This document shows positions 59,001-64,000 of a stretch of 64,000 nt of DNA, piece after piece. Positions within the stretch are counted from its first letter, which is position 1; each line of letters begins with the position of its first letter. The notes beneath the pieces were generated by a model. That model was not told the origin of the DNA and searched no databases. It was given only the letters and a program-made list of their open reading frames with translations. The position numbers and the translations under genes are program-made. Source of the stretch: Macrostomum hystrix (lineage: Eukaryota; Animalia; Platyhelminthes); NCBI GenBank assembly GCA_950097015.1, contig CATNEN010000034.1, positions 7,068,001 through 7,132,000 of the forward strand, written 5' to 3'.

Positions 59001-61662
59001 CATTCCTCCATTAAAGGAAAGTACGATCGAGGACCTGAAAAATGGTGTGCCATGTATTTAATATGTTCCACCGTAATTGTATAACACAAATTTTATTACA
59101 AAGCTTTGAAGCGAAAGAAGACTAAACAACAATACAAGAAGAGGAAGCAAGACGGATAGAACAAAAGAGGGGCAGATGAAATGGTATAGAAAACAGGTGG
59201 GGAATAAGACAAAATGAGTAGAAAACAGGTGCGGAAGAAGACAAAATGGGTAGAAACCTGGTGGGGAAGAAGACAAAATGGGTAGAAAACAGGTGGGGAA
59301 GAAGACAAAATGGGTAGAAAACAGGTGGGGAAGAAGACAAAATGAGTAGAAAACAGGTGGGGAAGAAGACAAAATGAGTAGAAAACTGGTGGGGAAGAAG
59401 ACAAAATGAGTAGAAAACAGGTGGGGAAGAAGACAAAATGAGTAGAAAACAGGTGGGGAAGAAGACAAAATGAGTAGAAAACTGGTGGGGAAGAAGACAA
59501 AATGGGTAAAAAACAGGTGGGGAAGAAGACAAAATGGGTAGAAAACAGGTGGGGAAGAAGACAAAATGAGTAGAAAACTGGTGCGGAAGAAGACATAATG
59601 GGCAAAAAACAGGTGGGGAAGAAGACAAAATGAGTAGAAAACTGGTGGGGAAGACAAAATGGGTAGAAAACAGGTGGGGAAGAAGACAAAATGAGTAGAA
59701 AACTGGTGCGGAAGAAGACAAAATGGGCAAAAAACTGGTGGGGAAGAAGACAAAATGAGTAGAAAACTGGTGGGGAAGAAGACAAAATGAGTAGAAAACT
59801 GGTGGGGAAGAAGACAAAATGGGCAAAAAACTGGTGGAGAAAAAGACAAAATGGGTAGAAAACAGGTGGGGAAGAAGACAGGAAAGGTAGATGAGCGGTG
59901 GAGTTGTGAAAAGTCTTCAAGATGAAGGGTTAGATGATACGAGGAGCAGAAGAAAACAGTCGCCAAGACTAGACAATGACGGGAACACATCCTTACCGCA
60001 GTCAAACACGCCGGCGTGGGCGGCAAGCAATTCAAGAATTCTAGTATTAGACTGCAACTGAAATCCGCCAGGTTGATAAGACATCAGCAGGCAGGCGTTG
60101 ATGGCAAAGTCTACTTCGTTTGGCAGGCCGCACAGCAGGGCCTTCTCCAGAGCCGACAGTTCGATAGTTTCAACCAGGTCGCAGGACAGGCCCCACTTGT
60201 TCGCGCATGTGAGCCGGCAGAATGTGATTCTGGACATTATAGACGCCGGTTGTATTAGCCGCAACTCCGGGGTCAGCCGACAAGCCGCAGCCGGCTGTTC
60301 CGGATGCCCCAGTTGGGCCTGACGCCTCTTGTGCGGCACTGAAGCTCTGAGAGCGCTTGAATCTGGATAGAGAGGATTCGCCCTCGTTGCTATCTTCATC
60401 GTAGTTGCGTACTAAGCCAGCAGATGAAGAGTCTTTGTCGTCGCGATGCTGCTGGTGCCGCTCGTAAGGCTCCAGATAGCGCAGATAGATCTGTCTGATT
60501 GCCAGTTCTGCGTTTGCGCAGTATTTGTACAGGCCCATGGACTCCAGGACTCGGTACCAGTCCTCCGCATCGCTCACCTGCGACAGGAAACGACAGGGCG
60601 AGGATAATTAGCATAGACTGCGATTTGGACGAAAGGAAGGATTCAGGGTGAAGGGACTGAGGTTCGAGGAATCATTACAGTAGGGAATGGGTTGGGTGGG
60701 AGTGATCAAGGATGTACGGAGTGGAGTGGGCGAGATTAGGGATGTAGGGGCTGGATTGGGAGGGATCTGGGATGTAGTGGGAGGGACAAGAGATGTAGGG
60801 ACTGGGGTGGGAGGGATCAGGGATGTAGGGACTAGGGATCAGGGATCAGGACTTAGGAATCTCGTCAGGGTCTGGAGTGGGAGAGCTCTGGACTGCTTGG
60901 GCTAGGATCGTGGTAATGGATGCGAATCAGAAATCTGAACTCGAATTGCGATCGAGTCGCAGACCAAGACTAAGATTGAAGACGAAGTCTTCTGGCTTAA
61001 ATCCACTAATGAAATTGCACAGATAATTATTCGAGCCAAGAACGCTTTAAGAAGACAATATATATTTAGAAGTAAAAACGCAGTTGCAGTGCTCAGCGCT
61101 CACCCTCCGATAGCCGCCAAGAGACAGCACGGTATTGTACAGGCGCAGAAAGTCGACGCGTCTGCCAAGCACCACCGGGGCGTGCAGGAAGGGAGTTCTA
61201 AAAATAGCGTTAAACAGCGAATGCATTTTTTCAAGTTCTAGTACAAAGCGCCGATATTATTAGTCATAATAGAGAGGGGGTCAAATAAGTGCGCAAGTAC
61301 ATGGGTCTGGGGAAGCAGTGGAGGCAGCAGCGACGGCAGCAGCAGCAGGGCTTACATAAGAATGGCGCGGGAATCAGCAACCAACCCACCCTCCTCCAGC
61401 TCTCAGCTGAGCGGTGGACAAGACAAGGGTAAATAAATACTGTTGGACACAGTACACACGAATATGGTAGTGAGGAAGCATTAAGATCAATGAGTATTTT
61501 TAGGTAGCCTAAACACAAAAATGAGTTGACTCACTTTCTAGCGCTGTGGAAGTCCCTCAGCTTGGTGGCGAACGTGTGGCGATCCTGCTCGGTTGACACG
61601 ACTGGCAAATCGGTGGACAATGTAGCCGCTGAAGCTGCTGTTGCTAGCTTTCGCTTGCTCAT
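56082..61662 (-). CDS. ARID2: ARID2/BAF200 (PBAF subunit): ARID, ARM-like core, RFX-like segment, two C2H2 fingers; about 1102 aa; exons 61662-61535, 61197-61104, 60577-59997, 59034-58970, 58817-58387, 58191-57492, 57393-56082; two +1 frameshifts as assembled
   Basis: Motifs: ARID VDFLRLYNTVLSLGGY..V.....W...Y..YL..YE, LLCGLPNEVDFAINAC, CEWDGC..H/CLWRGC..H, and EGPVTKHIRLTAALALRNL. Exon phases close only if one base is removed near 60197 and one near 58408. Confidence 0.94.
59150..59885. repeat. 32-nt minisatellite (GTAGAAAACAGGTGGGGAAGAAGACAAAATGR)n in ARID2 intron 3
   Basis: Period of 32, about 22 copies. Confidence 0.94.
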
Positions 61663-61672
61663 AATAATTTGA

Positions 61673-62452
61673 CTAAAACGGATTGCGATGACAAGGTCGA
61701 TGTGAATCGGAGTCGTGTATGTTAACTTTAAAGGTCAACTTTGGCCACCGGGGCTTTAGGCCGGTGGCAACAAAAATTGCACCCCGCGAAAGTAAGCGAG
61801 ATGCTCAATTCTGGTTTTCTGTTGAAAGAAAACCAAAAACAATTATCGGGTAGGCAATCTTGTCCTCGGTAGTTCCTCACTGGACAAGTTAACTCCCCTG
61901 GCAGAGACGGTAAGGAATTCTCTAAATCTGCCCAACTCACTTTTACCTCATTCATATTGGCCTGCATATAGACGAAAAACATTGTTTTCTTAGAGTTAGT
62001 ACATTTCCTGAATTGTTGCTAAATAAAACTCAGCCAGAAAACGATTAGCATTGATATTTGACACTTTTAGCACCGACTAAGTAAAGATAAATGAATAATA
62101 TTAACTTTTAAGATGTCATTTGTCTATTTTAGTCATTCAACAGTTCATTAGAGCGGAAAAATATCAGCGTTTAACTAAACTCTGCACTGAAATGCCAGTT
62201 CCGAGGTCATACTCGGTTATTGTCAATTAACAAAGGAGTTTCGCTGACAAACAAAATAAAGCAGAACTTTTTTAAGAAAGCTAAGTGCTACGTTTTCTCA
62301 TACTCGTACTTTTTATATAACAGTCCTGCAAAGCGACAAATAAGAAACAGATTAAGAAACAAATAAGAATAAGAAGCAAAAAAACAAAAAATAGAAAATA
62401 GAAAATTTCCTATTTCTCTATTTTTTATGTATAGAAAAGAGCAGAAGCTTAC
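61673..62452 (-). other. Probable 5'-UTR intron of ARID2
   Basis: Minus-strand donor AAACAG|GTAAGC at 62452 and acceptor CCGTTTTAG| at 61673, 10 nt upstream of the ATG. Confidence 0.4.
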
Positions 62453-64000
62453 CTGTTTTGTACTCGAATTCGACAGTTTAATTTCAAAAGAATACTACTC
62501 GAGTCAGTGTCTTGCATCCATCCGACTGAGCAGAGTCGGATAGTCGAGTCCAAACAAGTTCGAAAATTCGGTTTGTTATGAATAAAATAGCCCACTTGCT
62601 AAACAAAGAACGTGTATTATTAAATGCCGGGATTTCAACACAACACACTGTGCGTATGAATCCTGTCAATTTATATAGGCGCAAAACTGCTAGTAGAGAA
62701 AAATATTAGCCTGTCTAATTCAGGCTTGATTCCAACAGAATGAGTGGCCTGGCCCGCAGTTGAGGGGTGGGTGCTGGAAATCAGCCAGTCCTGAGTACGC
62801 CTATGTCCTGGGCGTATAGGGTGAAGGGAGGTACACAGACCAACTGTATAAAGCTAGTGTGCAAGAAAGACGCAGTCGGGCTGTATCTTCTTCTGAGGCT
62901 GAACGCAAGAGGGAAATAAGAGACTAATGTAAAGCAAAAGGCAAGGCGCAGCTAGCTTAGCTAGCTAGCAAGGCAGAAGAGCTTGGTTTTGGCCTGAATC
63001 TTCCTCTGCTTCTCTTCTCGTGTGTGCAGAGGTATAGCAGAAGGCCTTAGTAGATAGGAAAGAGAGTAGGCAGTTTCTCCGCTTTAGGCTTTTAGCTTTG
63101 GTTGTATTGGCTGGTCCCAAACATGCCTTTCCTTTCTATCGTTGGAGGTCCTCCTGCCTTGGCTGTCCAACAAGAGAGAAGCGGGGGGTTCTCCGGGTGT
63201 ACATTCGAGGAAAGAGGGGCGGAGGGGGGTGGATGACAGTCGGGGGACAGACAGGCGAATAAGGTGTATGAAAGGATAGAAAAACGGAAAGACTATGGGG
63301 TTCATATAGTGTAGAGGGAATAAGGGTAGAGCGGAGAGAGGGAGTGAGTCAAAAAGGAGGGCGCGCGCCTTGCTATTGATTACTCACGAGGGCATCATAT
63401 AGAATGCAATGCAAGGGCAGTTCTGAGGGCTATAGAATATGGAACCCAAACAAAAAACTTGCTTTCTGCAAACCTAACGTTTTTTACTAACATTATCGTG
63501 GGACTATCAGTAGTATGTAAAGAGACTTTCAATATATATATTTTATTTAGCAACCAGTACAGTAATTAGAGTTGTAATCACAGAACAAGAACAAGGTTAG
63601 AGATTAAAATGCAAACAAAACTTACAGTAATTCCAGAAACCGCTATCAACAAATTGAGACGCCAGTGTAGAAAATAGTAGAAAATCGTCTGGTTCTTTTT
63701 GCACAGGCCAAATTCCCACTTTCAAACGGAAGCAGAGCCCCTCAGATTCACTTTTTGATACGAAAGGCTCCCAATCAAAAGCCAGCCATAGACAAACACC
63801 GTAACACGTATGCTTTTAGCATACTTAACATGCGAGAGAGAGCCATAGATAAATTTCAAGCACAAATAAGCCTAATCAGGTCTTTACCATAGACCTTCAA
63901 CTCGACACCATGTTTTAAGCAATCCAGCAATAATCTATGGCTCAAATGTTTGACTCTTAGGCTGCAAATGTTGCATTCTATTCAGCTTCCGTTAATAATC

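Overview
This is eukaryotic (animal) genomic DNA with spliceosomal introns. About 30 kb of the 64 kb, by my rough sum of array spans, is tandem mini/microsatellite with units of 4-42 nt. That architecture suggests a flatworm such as Macrostomum, but this is inference only. Gene models reconstructed by hand from GT/GC-AG junctions and reading phase: (1) a 4-exon, 519-aa protein with a strongly divergent C-terminal ETS-like domain (+, 10385-13444); (2) a 2-exon aminergic class A GPCR (+, 27854-30514); (3) PICK1 (-, 40924-54157), which carries two paralogous 90-nt copies of one exon, a candidate mutually exclusive pair; (4) a secreted F-type lectin nested antisense in a PICK1 intron (46375-47035), with no ATG and a GC-AG intron; (5) ARID2/BAF200 (-, 56082-61662); (6) a 62-aa candidate membrane microprotein (1545-1733). 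Mobile DNA: a non-autonomous hAT element with a perfect 8-bp TSD, inflated by a 3.2-kb minisatellite and inserted into an older inverted-repeat element, and a Tc1/IS630-like deletion derivative with about 417-bp TIRs. ARID2 and the GPCR each show two apparent single-base frameshifts, which could be assembly errors or decay. Nearly all long ORFs in the supplied track are artefacts of stop-free repeat units. No CRISPR, rRNA or tRNA was found.
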